From positions 129,497-193,496 of the forward strand of contig JBEKXS010000001.1 of the NCBI GenBank assembly GCA_049511795.1: a stretch of DNA of 64,000 bases. The letters run 5' to 3'. The notes beneath the pieces were generated by a model, which was given only the letters and a program-made list of their open reading frames with translations, made no database searches and was not told the DNA's origin. Positions within the stretch are counted from its first letter, which is position 1. Each line of letters begins with the position of its first letter. The translations under genes and the position numbers were made by a program. This document shows positions 18,182-27,729 of this stretch, piece after piece. The DNA comes from Candidatus Pacearchaeota archaeon (GTDB lineage: Archaea; Nanobdellota; Nanobdellia; Pacearchaeales; GW2011-AR1).

Positions 18182-19726
18182 ATGGCAACGATAAAAGACT
18201 ATCCAAGAGTCAAAATAAATTTCAATCCAGAAGTTCCTCCCTTAAAGATATCTAAGGATAAAACAAAAATAGATGTCCGTTACAGCGTTCTTGCTCCTTT
18301 TGCATTTATACACATTCATTGGGACCCAAAAGAGTTTGAAGTTATGTACGAAATTGAAGAGCCAATACTTAATGCAGAAGAGCAGGCATATGCAGACCAG
18401 ATTCTTAATGCAATGCGAGACATGATTGATTTTGACGTCATCGTCGAGAAAGACAATGAAAAGCTTCTTGAATACATTGACAAGAGATTTAAAATAATAG
18501 CGTTTGAGCTTGGACTGAACATTTCATATGAAGCTTACAAAAAAATATATTACTATCTTGTAAGGGATTTCATCGGCTTCAATGAAGTTGAGCCTTTGCT
18601 AAGAGATTATTTTGTTGAAGATATAGAGTGCAATGGTGCTGACAGCCCTGTTTACATTGTCCACAGAATTTTCAGGAACCTTAAAACAAATCTGATTTTC
18701 AAAAGCATTGATAGATTAGAAAATTTTGTAGAGAAACTGGCGCAAAGAAGCGGAAAATACATTTCATATGCCTCCCCGATACTTGATTCAACATTGCCTG
18801 ACGGAAGCAGGGTAAATGCAACATACACAAAAGATATAACAAGCAGGGGACCAACATTTACAATCAGGAAATTCACAAAAACTCCATGGACACCTCCTCA
18901 ACTTTTGGCTTTCCAGACCTTAAGCCCTGAAATGCTCGCATATTTGTGGATTTTAGTTCAATATAAAATGAATATTCTAATAACAGGAGGAACATCGTCG
19001 GGAAAAACAACTTTGCTTAATGCAATTGCATTCTTTATTCCGCCAGAGGCAAGGGTTGTTTCAATTGAAGATACGCGTGAACTTAATTTGCCAAGGGAAA
19101 ACTGGCTTCCAAGCGTTGTGCGTAGTGCAACAGGGGCTGGAAATGTTGGTGAAATCGACCTTTTCACATTGCTGAAAAGCTCTTTCAGGCAAAATCCGGA
19201 TTATGTAATTGTGGGTGAAGTCAGGGGAGAAGAGGCATATGTTCTCTTCCAGGGAATGGCATCAGGGCACTCATCAATAAGCACTATCCACGCAGATTCT
19301 GTAGACACTGTTATACAAAGATTGGAAACTCCACCAATCAACCTTTCGCCTACTCTTCTCAATGTACTTGATTGCGTATGCATCATGACGCATGCAATCG
19401 CAAAAAAGCAGGAAACAAGGAAGCTAAAGGAAATTGTTGAAATAATAAATGTAACTCCTGATGGCGTTGCTTTGACAAACACTCCTTTTATCTGGAATCC
19501 AAGCGATGACAGCTTCTACTTCAAGAAAAACAGCAAGATTTTCGAGAAAATATCAAAAAGATATGGAATTGATCCAAAGGAACTTGATGAAGAATTCAGG
19601 ACAAGAGTCAAACTCCTTTACACCCTGTATGAACATAAAGTGTTTGGTTTCCAGGAATTCCAAGACGTTGTAACACAGTATTACAAGAAACCAAAAGAAA
19701 CTTTGGCTAAATTTAATATTGGATAG
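18182..19726 (+). CDS. type IV pilus / archaellum-family secretion ATPase (FlaI/PilB/VirB11 superfamily)
   Basis: Walker A ILITGGTSSGKTTLLNAI, Asp box VVSIEDTRELNL, His box GEVRGEEA, 514 aa. Confidence 0.85.
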   Translation: MATIKDYPRVKINFNPEVPPLKISKDKTKIDVRYSVLAPFAFIHIHWDPKEFEVMYEIEEPILNAEEQAYADQILNAMRDMIDFDVIVEKDNEKLLEYIDKRFKIIAFELGLNISYEAYKKIYYYLVRDFIGFNEVEPLLRDYFVEDIECNGADSPVYIVHRIFRNLKTNLIFKSIDRLENFVEKLAQRSGKYISYASPILDSTLPDGSRVNATYTKDITSRGPTFTIRKFTKTPWTPPQLLAFQTLSPEMLAYLWILVQYKMNILITGGTSSGKTTLLNAIAFFIPPEARVVSIEDTRELNLPRENWLPSVVRSATGAGNVGEIDLFTLLKSSFRQNPDYVIVGEVRGEEAYVLFQGMASGHSSISTIHADSVDTVIQRLETPPINLSPTLLNVLDCVCIMTHAIAKKQETRKLKEIVEIINVTPDGVALTNTPFIWNPSDDSFYFKKNSKIFEKISKRYGIDPKELDEEFRTRVKLLYTLYEHKVFGFQEFQDVVTQYYKKPKETLAKFNIG

Positions 19727-19782
19727 ACTTCTTAATGGTTATAAACGAAAGTATTTAATAACACTTTTTCCTTCTTTGATAT

Positions 19783-19968
19783 ATGAAAAAAGGTGAAAGG
19801 AATTCTGCTGTAGAGGGCGAAATCTCCTCAATAAATTACCTTATAAGAATGCTGGGTATGCATGTACAAAAGCTTGAGGAAGCTTACAAAAAGAAAGACC
19901 ATAGGGAATTCAATATAATCAAAAAAGAGATTATTCAGATACAAAAAAAGATACACACTCTTATATAA
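19783..19968 (+). CDS. hypothetical small protein (61 aa) between the ATPase and platform genes
   Basis: ORF ending 1 nt before the 19970 gene. Charged, helix-prone sequence. Confidence 0.3.
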   Translation: MKKGERNSAVEGEISSINYLIRMLGMHVQKLEEAYKKKDHREFNIIKKEIIQIQKKIHTLI

Positions 19969-19969
19969 A

Positions 19970-21292
19970 ATGGCAATAGACGAACTGAAAGCTAATTTTG
20001 AAAGAGAGAAGAAAATAGCTGACCAAATAAGTTCCTTAACTCAGGAGCTGAACAATTCCGAAAGCGATGAAGAAAGAAGAATGATTTCATCGCAGATAAA
20101 CATACTGAAATCATCGCTAAGAAAATCAAGTCAAGGCGTTGTCAATGCTGCGGAAAACATTTCAATGCCAAATCCGCTGCCAACACAGACAAAAACTGCA
20201 TTGCCTGTTGTTAAAGCAAAACCTGCAGCAGCACAGACAGGAAAACCAGTGTTCACAGGAAAAGTTGAGGATTTGTTTCCTGCATTTACATTAAGAAAGC
20301 AAAAAGTGTCTAGTCTTGAAAAAGACACAATAAAAAGACTAAAGAAAAAAGAAGTTGTTGTTGCAAAGAAAAAAGAAAAAACTCCAAGTGTTTATGTAAA
20401 ATTTGCAAGCAACCTTTTTTACAAAAGAGCTGAAAAGCAGATTAAGAAAGGAAGTTTTTACAATTTAAGAAGGGATTTAATAAAAGGCAACCTTGATTTT
20501 GTTCCTGAAAGCTATATTTCTGTGATTTATTTTACAACCCTGATTTCATTCATTGCATCTATTTTTGTAATGATTTTTTTCCTTTTCTTTGACCTTATTG
20601 CCACGCCGCCATTCCTGGTTGCAACAAAGACAGCAATCACAACAAGATTTTTGGAAACTTTCTGGATTCTTATTGTTCTTCCTGCTATTGTTTTTATTTT
20701 TGCATATTTTTACCCGACGCTGGAGAAAAGATCCCTGGAAACAAGAATAAATGAAGAGCTTCCTTTTGCAGTAATCCACATGTCCTCTGTTTCAAGGTCA
20801 ATGATTGAGCCAAGCAAGATTTTCTCGATTATTATTGCTACAGGAGAATATCCTCATCTTGAAAAAGAATTTACAAAACTTTTCAATGATGTCAACATTT
20901 ACGGCTATGACCTTGTTACTGCATTAAGGGATATGGCATTCAACAGCCCAAGCAGAAAGCTTTCTGATTTGTACAATGGGCTTGCAACAACAATAACTTC
21001 TGGCGGAGATCTTCCGGAATTTTTTGATAAAAGGGCGCAGACTCTTCTTTTTGACCATCGTCTTGAAACAGAAAAGCATGCAAAAGCTGCAGAAACATTC
21101 ATGGATATTTACATAAGCGTTGTCATAGCTTCTCCAATGATTCTTATGCTTTTGCTTGTAATGATGAGCGCAAGCGGCCTTGGATTAAGCCTGAGCACTT
21201 CAATGATAAGCCTGATTATGGTTTTGGCAGTCACCTTGATGAATGTTTTATTCCTCGTATTTTTACACCTAAAACAGCCAGGAGGAGAATAA
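19970..21292 (+). CDS. type IV pilus membrane platform protein, FlaJ/TadB/GspF-like (first half)
   Basis: About 190-aa soluble N-terminus, then one T2SS-F-type domain (LPFAVIHMSSVSRSMIEPSKIF...GGDLPEFFDKRAQTLLFDHRLETEKHAKAAETFMDIYISVV) with flanking TM helices. Confidence 0.65.
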   Translation: MAIDELKANFEREKKIADQISSLTQELNNSESDEERRMISSQINILKSSLRKSSQGVVNAAENISMPNPLPTQTKTALPVVKAKPAAAQTGKPVFTGKVEDLFPAFTLRKQKVSSLEKDTIKRLKKKEVVVAKKKEKTPSVYVKFASNLFYKRAEKQIKKGSFYNLRRDLIKGNLDFVPESYISVIYFTTLISFIASIFVMIFFLFFDLIATPPFLVATKTAITTRFLETFWILIVLPAIVFIFAYFYPTLEKRSLETRINEELPFAVIHMSSVSRSMIEPSKIFSIIIATGEYPHLEKEFTKLFNDVNIYGYDLVTALRDMAFNSPSRKLSDLYNGLATTITSGGDLPEFFDKRAQTLLFDHRLETEKHAKAAETFMDIYISVVIASPMILMLLLVMMSASGLGLSLSTSMISLIMVLAVTLMNVLFLVFLHLKQPGGE

Positions 21293-21308
21293 AAATAAAA
21301 GATAAAAA

Positions 21309-22175
21309 ATGGAACTAAAAAAAGGATATTGGGTCGGAATTGCATTCGGATTCCTAATTGTACTTGCCTCTCTTGCTTTCATAGGAACAAGATTTTTCCT
21401 TTTCATAATTGGTATAGGGATTTTGACAATAGCTGCGCCTTTTGTGCTGGCAACAATAAATGAAACAAATGCAGCAACTGAGAAAGAAGACATGTTCCTT
21501 GAATTTGCAAGAAATCTTGTTGAAAGCGTGAAAACAGGAACGCCAATAAGCAAGAGCATTGTCAATGTAAAGGACAAGCCATATGGCGTCTTGAGCGAGA
21601 ACATAAAAAAGCTTGCAAACCAAATTTCAATGGGAATACCATTGAACTCTGCGCTTCAAACATTTTCAAAAGATGTAAACAACAAAACTATTTCGAGGGC
21701 GCTAACATTAATAGGGCAGGCAGAAAAAAGCGGCGGAGAAATTGGAGGAATTCTTGAATCTGTTACAGAAGCTGTCAGCACTTCTGACAGGCTGAAAAAA
21801 GAAAGGAAGGCAGCAATCTCAAGCCTTGTTGTCGAGGGATACATAATTTTCCTTGTGTTCATAGTTATTATTCTTGTCCTTCAATTCCAGATTCTTCCAA
21901 TGATTACAAACATAGTTCCTTCTGGTTCATCTTTAGGATTAGGAGGAATAGGAGGCCTTGGCGGAATTGGCGGGGGCGGAGGACAGCCAATAGACAAAAC
22001 GCAAATAGCAAATGCTTTCCTTTATCTGCTTCTTATTCAGGCATTTTTCACAGGCTTGACAATAGGAATGCTTTCTGAAGGCAGCATGAAGCCGGGAATA
22101 AAGCACTCTTTCATCCTTATGGCAATTGCATTCTTGATTTCAGCAGGAGCAAATGTTTTGTTTGGGGGTGCTTAA
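21309..22175 (+). CDS. type IV pilus membrane platform protein, FlaJ/TadC/GspF-like (second half)
   Basis: Second T2SS-F-type domain (PLNSALQTFSKDV...GQAEKSGGEIGGILESVTEAVSTSDRLKKERKAA) with TM helices and a Gly-rich loop. Confidence 0.65.
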   Translation: MELKKGYWVGIAFGFLIVLASLAFIGTRFFLFIIGIGILTIAAPFVLATINETNAATEKEDMFLEFARNLVESVKTGTPISKSIVNVKDKPYGVLSENIKKLANQISMGIPLNSALQTFSKDVNNKTISRALTLIGQAEKSGGEIGGILESVTEAVSTSDRLKKERKAAISSLVVEGYIIFLVFIVIILVLQFQILPMITNIVPSGSSLGLGGIGGLGGIGGGGGQPIDKTQIANAFLYLLLIQAFFTGLTIGMLSEGSMKPGIKHSFILMAIAFLISAGANVLFGGA

Positions 22176-22907
22176 ATGGTTTTGAAATTAAAAAAGAACA
22201 GGCGCAACAAGCGTGGTTCCCAGGTCGAGTTTGTTGTTTCTTTTGTCCTTTTTGTGACGTTCATAATTTTTGTATATCTTCTTCTTAGCTCAAAGATAGA
22301 TTTTGGGCAAGGCAAAAAAAATTCCCTTGACAATGCTGAAACCGGAATTTTGAACATTGTTACTGGAAACCTGGCAGTGACTTCTGTAAGTGTAAATAGT
22401 GGCTCAGGAAGCTGTTTTACATTTACTGGTTTGGCAAGCACTTTAGGGTTAAGTAATAATATTATGGCACAAAATAGTTCTGGAGCAAATGTTTCTGCAT
22501 ATTCTGATGGAACAAGTATTTCAATTGATTCTCCATCAACATTTTTTACAATTTATAATTCTCCTGAATTTCCACCTTCACCTGGAAGTTTGGGATGTAC
22601 ACCACCTTTAGCTGAAGGAACAGGGTACACAATAGGACTTTCAAAAAACCAGTCTGCTATTTTTGAAACAAAAATTCTTGAGGCATTTTCAAATTACACT
22701 TCAAATTATACTGCAATGAAAAAAGCAATTCAGGTTTTCCCTGGAGATGATTTTGGAATGAAATTCACATACCAAAACGGCACAGTAATAAAAACAGCTA
22801 TGACAAATTCATCAATAAGCATTTTCGCAGACAATATTCCAATTCAATATGTAAATCAAAACTCAGGACTAATGCAATTTGGCTCTCTTGAAGTTGATGT
22901 TTGGTAA
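22176..22907 (+). CDS. pilin-like protein (class III signal peptide)
   Basis: KRG|SQVEFVVSFVLFVTFIIFVYLLL N-terminus. Sequon-rich extracellular part. Confidence 0.5.
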   Translation: MVLKLKKNRRNKRGSQVEFVVSFVLFVTFIIFVYLLLSSKIDFGQGKKNSLDNAETGILNIVTGNLAVTSVSVNSGSGSCFTFTGLASTLGLSNNIMAQNSSGANVSAYSDGTSISIDSPSTFFTIYNSPEFPPSPGSLGCTPPLAEGTGYTIGLSKNQSAIFETKILEAFSNYTSNYTAMKKAIQVFPGDDFGMKFTYQNGTVIKTAMTNSSISIFADNIPIQYVNQNSGLMQFGSLEVDVW

Positions 22908-22910
22908 AAA

Positions 22911-23333
22911 ATGAAAAAACAAGGATGGATAAGAATTGTCGAGGCAATGATGGCTATACTTTTGATAGCAGCTGTTGTTTTGATAGCTATAAGTTCAAAT
23001 CAAAGGCTAGACCAGGATATTTCTCAGAAAATTTATGCAGTTGAGGCAAACACATTGAAGGAAATACAGTTTAATGATAGTGCAAGAGCAGAAATATTAA
23101 GTGCTAGCTCTGTTCCTGTTGCATGGGCTAATTTTCCAGCAAACACAAAAACAATAATAACACAAAATGCCCCAAGCTCTATGCAATGCCAAGGAAGAAT
23201 TTGCTCAACCAGCGACCCTTGTCTATTAGAAGGAGTAAACACGCCAAGCAAAACAGTTTATGCCTCAGATGTTGTAATAACTGCAAACCTAACGAGCTAT
23301 AATCCACTGCTTCTGAAGATTTTCTGCTGGTAA
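22911..23333 (+). CDS. pilin-like protein (class III signal peptide)
   Basis: MKKQG|WIRIVEAMMAILLIAAVVLIAI N-terminus. Confidence 0.5.
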   Translation: MKKQGWIRIVEAMMAILLIAAVVLIAISSNQRLDQDISQKIYAVEANTLKEIQFNDSARAEILSASSVPVAWANFPANTKTIITQNAPSSMQCQGRICSTSDPCLLEGVNTPSKTVYASDVVITANLTSYNPLLLKIFCW

Positions 23334-23336
23334 AAA

Positions 23337-24008
23337 TTAATTATTTTTTAGGTATTCAACACATTTATCAATCAAAACATCAAAATCTTTTTCTTTTTTC
23401 CATTGTTTTACTATAAATTGTCTAATCTTTACATGAGAAGGATAACCTTTATCTTTTTCTTTTAGAATATCTTTAAATTCCACATTCAGTAAGACTGTAA
23501 GCGCTTCTTTTAAATCCTGAAATTTTCCTTCGCTTAATGTTTTTCTTATTTCATCTTCAAAATAATAATGAAATTGTAGATGCATTACTTCATGAGCAAT
23601 CACTAGAGAGGCATCATTAGTGAAGATATTAGCCATGAAAGAGATATTTTTTATGCTATAGGGACATCTTCCTATTGTAGTAAAATAACATGTAAATTTT
23701 TTTGTATAAATTTTCCTTTTGGTGATTTTTTCAAGTTTCTTAAAATATCTTTTTTCTATCTTTTTCCAAGCAGATTTTATTAATTTAGAATGTTTTTGAA
23801 ATCTTTTTTTATCTTTAGGATAACCTCTTTTTAGCATATTAAGAAGATATGTTCTGCTTTTTTTCCACGTTTTGCCGCGAACTTTTTTTACTACTTCTGG
23901 TCTCATGATTTTTGAAAAGTCATAGCCCCATTTTGAGCTAGAATTAGCAGCCTTGTAATAATTTTCTGCATCTTTTTCAATATCAAATTTGAAAATAACT
24001 TTTGGCAT
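23337..24008 (-). CDS. hypothetical protein with an HExxH zinc-metallopeptidase motif (HEVMH), very basic
   Basis: Single HEVMH motif followed by acidic residues (FEDE). Lys/Arg-rich N-terminal half. Stop sits 3 nt from rtcB. Confidence 0.35.
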   Translation of the reverse strand: MPKVIFKFDIEKDAENYYKAANSSSKWGYDFSKIMRPEVVKKVRGKTWKKSRTYLLNMLKRGYPKDKKRFQKHSKLIKSAWKKIEKRYFKKLEKITKRKIYTKKFTCYFTTIGRCPYSIKNISFMANIFTNDASLVIAHEVMHLQFHYYFEDEIRKTLSEGKFQDLKEALTVLLNVEFKDILKEKDKGYPSHVKIRQFIVKQWKKEKDFDVLIDKCVEYLKNN

Positions 24009-24010
24009 TT

Positions 24011-25168
24011 TTAATCTCCTTTCCAGTTTATGAACGGCTTGAGATGATTTAAAACTTTTATTGAATCTTTTTGCAAATCAAGAACCTTGTAAATGTCCTT
24101 GTATGCTTCAGGAGCTTCATCGACAATGCTTTGAGAAAAATTACCTGTAACATTTGCTTCCTGCATTTCATTTTTGAAAAATTCAGGGCTTATTCTCTTT
24201 CTTGCCTCTTGCCTGCTCATCAATCTTCCTGCACCATGTGAAGATGAGGAAATAAAATCCTTGTTTCCTTTTCCAACAACAAGAAAAGAGCCTTCCCTCA
24301 TGTTTGCAGGTATGATTCCTTTCTCTCCTTTCTTTGCAGGAGTAGCACCTTTTCTATGAACAAAAAGTCCTGATTCTTTAAGCGCGTGATTATGATTCTT
24401 GTTTGTCCAGATAATGTATTTTATCTTTTTTCCAAGAACTTTTTCAATTGCAAGAACTGCCTGCCTTGTTATCTCAAGCCTGTTTAGCTCTGCAAACTCA
24501 AGGCAAAAATCAAGAATGTTCAAATATTCTTTTCCTTCCTGGGATGTTGAGAGAATTGCATGGGTTTCTTCAAAACCCTGGCTTTTTCCAGAGGATTTTT
24601 TCATATAAAGCGTTGCAAACCTATAGCCAACTCCCCTAGAACCAGAATGAATGACTATATATGGGTTGTTTTCCTCATCAAAATCCATTTCTATAAAATG
24701 ATTTCCAGAGCCGAGTGTTCCAAGATTCCTAATTGGGTTTCCAGATTGCAAAAAATCAAGGACTTTTTTGTCATAGGGCTTTTTTTTGAATTTTTCAAGT
24801 ATTTTTTTGAATTCTTTTTTTGTTTCCTCTGTTATTTTGTTTTCTGTTTTATGAATTTCTCCAAGACCCATTGGAATTCTCTTTTTTACTTCTCTGTAAA
24901 TCTCTTTTGAATTTTTCTGCAAAATAGGCAGAAGATTTTTTGGTAGTTTTACAGCTGTCATTCCACACCCAATGTCATAGCCGACCCAGGCAGGAACAAA
25001 ATAATTTTTAGTTACCAAAACAGCGCCGATTGGAGCAACATAGCCCACATGGGCATCTGGCATTAACGCTGCTTTTACAACATACGGCTCTAAATAGCAT
25101 GTTTTAAACTGGGAAAGAGTTTCCTCGTCGGCGTCCAGTGCAAAATTATGTATCTTTTTTACATCCAT
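24011..25168 (-). CDS. rtcB: RtcB-family RNA 3'-phosphate ligase (short form, 385 aa)
   Basis: LGSGNHFIEM, IHSGSRGVGY, NHNHA, HRKGATPA and SHGAGR motifs of RtcB. Confidence 0.8.
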   Translation of the reverse strand: MDVKKIHNFALDADEETLSQFKTCYLEPYVVKAALMPDAHVGYVAPIGAVLVTKNYFVPAWVGYDIGCGMTAVKLPKNLLPILQKNSKEIYREVKKRIPMGLGEIHKTENKITEETKKEFKKILEKFKKKPYDKKVLDFLQSGNPIRNLGTLGSGNHFIEMDFDEENNPYIVIHSGSRGVGYRFATLYMKKSSGKSQGFEETHAILSTSQEGKEYLNILDFCLEFAELNRLEITRQAVLAIEKVLGKKIKYIIWTNKNHNHALKESGLFVHRKGATPAKKGEKGIIPANMREGSFLVVGKGNKDFISSSSHGAGRLMSRQEARKRISPEFFKNEMQEANVTGNFSQSIVDEAPEAYKDIYKVLDLQKDSIKVLNHLKPFINWKGD

Positions 25169-25313
25169 GGCATAACCAAAGCTAAGAACTTTAAGAAAGT
25201 TGTGGGAATAGGGCCTAAAGAGATATTTATACTCCCTTTATAGTGACAACAAACATAAGATTTATATACTTCAACTTCATAGAATTTTTATATAAAATGA
25301 GGCTTAAAATACG

Positions 25314-27200
25314 ATGAAAAATAACCTTATTAGCAAACTGAAAAGGGGAATGTATAATGGATTAACAGTTGGTGCTTTGGGGCTTTCTTTGCTTGGTGTT
25401 GGATGTGGTGATAGCCCAACGCAACCTAAAGTATACAATGATCCAGTAAGCAGTCTTCAGGGTTCTCCATTATCTGGAGTTGCGCCACTTGAATCAAGAG
25501 TTACAGCCGGATGCACAGCTGATGCAGGAATTGAAAGCTACAAGATAATGCTGAATGGGAATTATTTAACAAACACAAATCCAATTGACACTTCAATTAG
25601 CTCAAACAACAACGCTTCTTTAAGCTCAGAATGCAAGGACAGGGCAGGAAAGATTGTAACTAAAAAAATAGATTTTACAGTTGCTCAACCTTCATTTTCT
25701 GATACGGCTATGGTTTCAGATTCTGCAAATATAGTTTATAATGCGACTATGAATGTTTCGCAGGCAGAGAGAAAAACGTTCAGGAATGACAGCTTGATTG
25801 GAACAAAGACAATAACGGGACCAACATATTCAGACACAATTTTTAATGCCCCTGAAGGCAATTATTATTTCACAAATAATATTAATTCAAATACAGCAAA
25901 AGTTACTAAATCAAGTTATGTAACTCTTGATACATCCGGTCTGCAGACAGACACAATAGAAGGTGGAGTTATAGGATTCAATCTTGCTTCAAGAATGCAC
26001 AGTCCAGGAATCAATCCTGTTCATCTAACAAATGCTGTTCCTTTAGATACAATAACAAATGTACAAAGGAATGGAGATTCTGTAGCAATAACTGCCCTTA
26101 GAAATAACACAGGACCATATAGTGTGAAGTTCAGCATGAAAGCTGCAAATGGAGACACTGGTTCTTATGTTTTCAAAGGAAATATTCATGATGTTCCAGA
26201 CATTTCAGGAAAATTCCAAGATGTAAAAACTTATAACGGAGTTAGAGGAAAAATAAAAGTACAAGGAGTAAGTGGGGGAAATATAATCCCATTAACAACA
26301 AATAATTCTGATTCTATTGGATACTTGCCTACAGATTCAGTAGGAAATTTCAGCTTCAGAGTAAACAAAAGAAGCTCGAGCTTAGACAGTCTTGTTTTGC
26401 AATTCAGAGAAGTGAATGCGCAAGGAGATTCTTTAGGTTTTGTCAGGAGAATAAACATTCCCGTAAGAGATACCGACAGTTTACTAGTTAGAGGATATCC
26501 TTTCCCGGACTCAATTCCTGCAGATACTTTTATAACATTTATGGATTCATTGGGTGGAAGTATTCCAGATACACGATTTGATATTTATGGACAGTATATT
26601 CTTAAGTTTGGTGGGTTACAGGGAATTGAGATTCTTCCATCTTTTGAAGGAGATTTATACAATTCGCAAAGAGATAGTATAAAAAACCAAATATTAGATC
26701 CAAAGAATATAAGTGGAATAATTGGAAGATATAATATAGAAAATAATCAAGTTATTATAGAAGATCAAGGTCATTACAAACCAGATACAACAGTTTTCTA
26801 CGGACAAAAATTTATATCTATAACTCCAGATCCAGGCTGGATAATAGTGGCGCCTGATTCAAATATTCTAAGACAATATGGGGCTAGTGGTATGACTCAA
26901 ACTTTTGGTACAGGTACAGAATACGGAGCTGTTGTTTATTTGGATCCTTGGAGTGATAGTTTGCATATTAATGGGGGCATAATAGCAAGGGAATTTGGAC
27001 ATGCTTTTATAGGATCTGGGGAGCCAGAAATGATTCCTTATCAAACAATTATGAATACATCATCGCATTTAAGAACAGTTGGGTATGCAGATAAAGAAGC
27101 AGGTAGGATTATTTATGAACCAACTTTTATGATTCCTGCAGGAATACTACCTGCCCATGTTGACCGTTTAGAAAATATTTTGGGTTCAAAGTTCAAATAA
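25314..27200 (+). CDS. secreted or lipid-anchored large surface protein (628 aa), function unknown
   Basis: N-terminal signal/TM with a Cys shortly after (LSLLGVGCGD). Ser/Thr/Asn-rich with many sequons. Confidence 0.5.
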   Translation: MKNNLISKLKRGMYNGLTVGALGLSLLGVGCGDSPTQPKVYNDPVSSLQGSPLSGVAPLESRVTAGCTADAGIESYKIMLNGNYLTNTNPIDTSISSNNNASLSSECKDRAGKIVTKKIDFTVAQPSFSDTAMVSDSANIVYNATMNVSQAERKTFRNDSLIGTKTITGPTYSDTIFNAPEGNYYFTNNINSNTAKVTKSSYVTLDTSGLQTDTIEGGVIGFNLASRMHSPGINPVHLTNAVPLDTITNVQRNGDSVAITALRNNTGPYSVKFSMKAANGDTGSYVFKGNIHDVPDISGKFQDVKTYNGVRGKIKVQGVSGGNIIPLTTNNSDSIGYLPTDSVGNFSFRVNKRSSSLDSLVLQFREVNAQGDSLGFVRRINIPVRDTDSLLVRGYPFPDSIPADTFITFMDSLGGSIPDTRFDIYGQYILKFGGLQGIEILPSFEGDLYNSQRDSIKNQILDPKNISGIIGRYNIENNQVIIEDQGHYKPDTTVFYGQKFISITPDPGWIIVAPDSNILRQYGASGMTQTFGTGTEYGAVVYLDPWSDSLHINGGIIAREFGHAFIGSGEPEMIPYQTIMNTSSHLRTVGYADKEAGRIIYEPTFMIPAGILPAHVDRLENILGSKFK

Positions 27201-27287
27201 TTCTCCTATAAATAATAAGACAAGAATATTTATAAAACTCTTTTGATTTAATAGATAAGAAAAAAATGGTCGGTAAAAAGAGGGGAA

Positions 27288-27722
27288 ATGAGTGCTAAAA
27301 AAGTCATAATAATTTCTACAATTATCATTATTATTGCAGCTGTTATTGTATTTTTTGTATTTCTTAATAAACAAAAACCAGACCCTGTTTCTGCTCAGTG
27401 TGCATTTGCATGTCAAAGCGGGCAAAAAACTGCCTTCTGTGATGTTGAATTAACTCTAAATGACAAAACTCTTGCTACATGTTATAATCTCTCTACAAAT
27501 TCTCAATATTCATCATACAATGTTCAAGCTTGTCCTTCAATATCCTGTACTTTATCAGCACAGCAAGCAGCTCATTTAGCAGACCAAACATGCATAACTG
27601 GACTTGGAGGAGCGTGGCAAACTCCTATAAATGGAATGTGCCCTCAAACAAAGATAACTGCCGTTATACAGTTAACCCCTTCAGATCAATCTCCAATAGC
27701 AGGGCAAATTTGTTGTAGATAA
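27288..27722 (+). CDS. small N-terminally anchored cysteine-rich extracellular protein (144 aa)
   Basis: TM helix IIISTIIIIIAAVIVFFVFL, then 12 Cys. Confidence 0.45.
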   Translation: MSAKKVIIISTIIIIIAAVIVFFVFLNKQKPDPVSAQCAFACQSGQKTAFCDVELTLNDKTLATCYNLSTNSQYSSYNVQACPSISCTLSAQQAAHLADQTCITGLGGAWQTPINGMCPQTKITAVIQLTPSDQSPIAGQICCR

Positions 27723-27729
27723 AAATAAA

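Noticed and set aside
27266-27298. 10-codon mini-ORF ATGGTCGGTAAAAAGAGGGGAAATGAGTGCTAA just before the 27288 gene; a similar AAAAAGATGGTCGATAAAAC precedes the 29662 gene and AAAAAGATGGTGAAG the 32998 gene
   Set aside because: It is too short to call a gene. The shared AAAAAGATGGT string may reflect a preferred start context in an AT-rich genome, with the GGTGA Shine-Dalgarno core falling on the ATG, not a regulatory element. There is not enough evidence for more.
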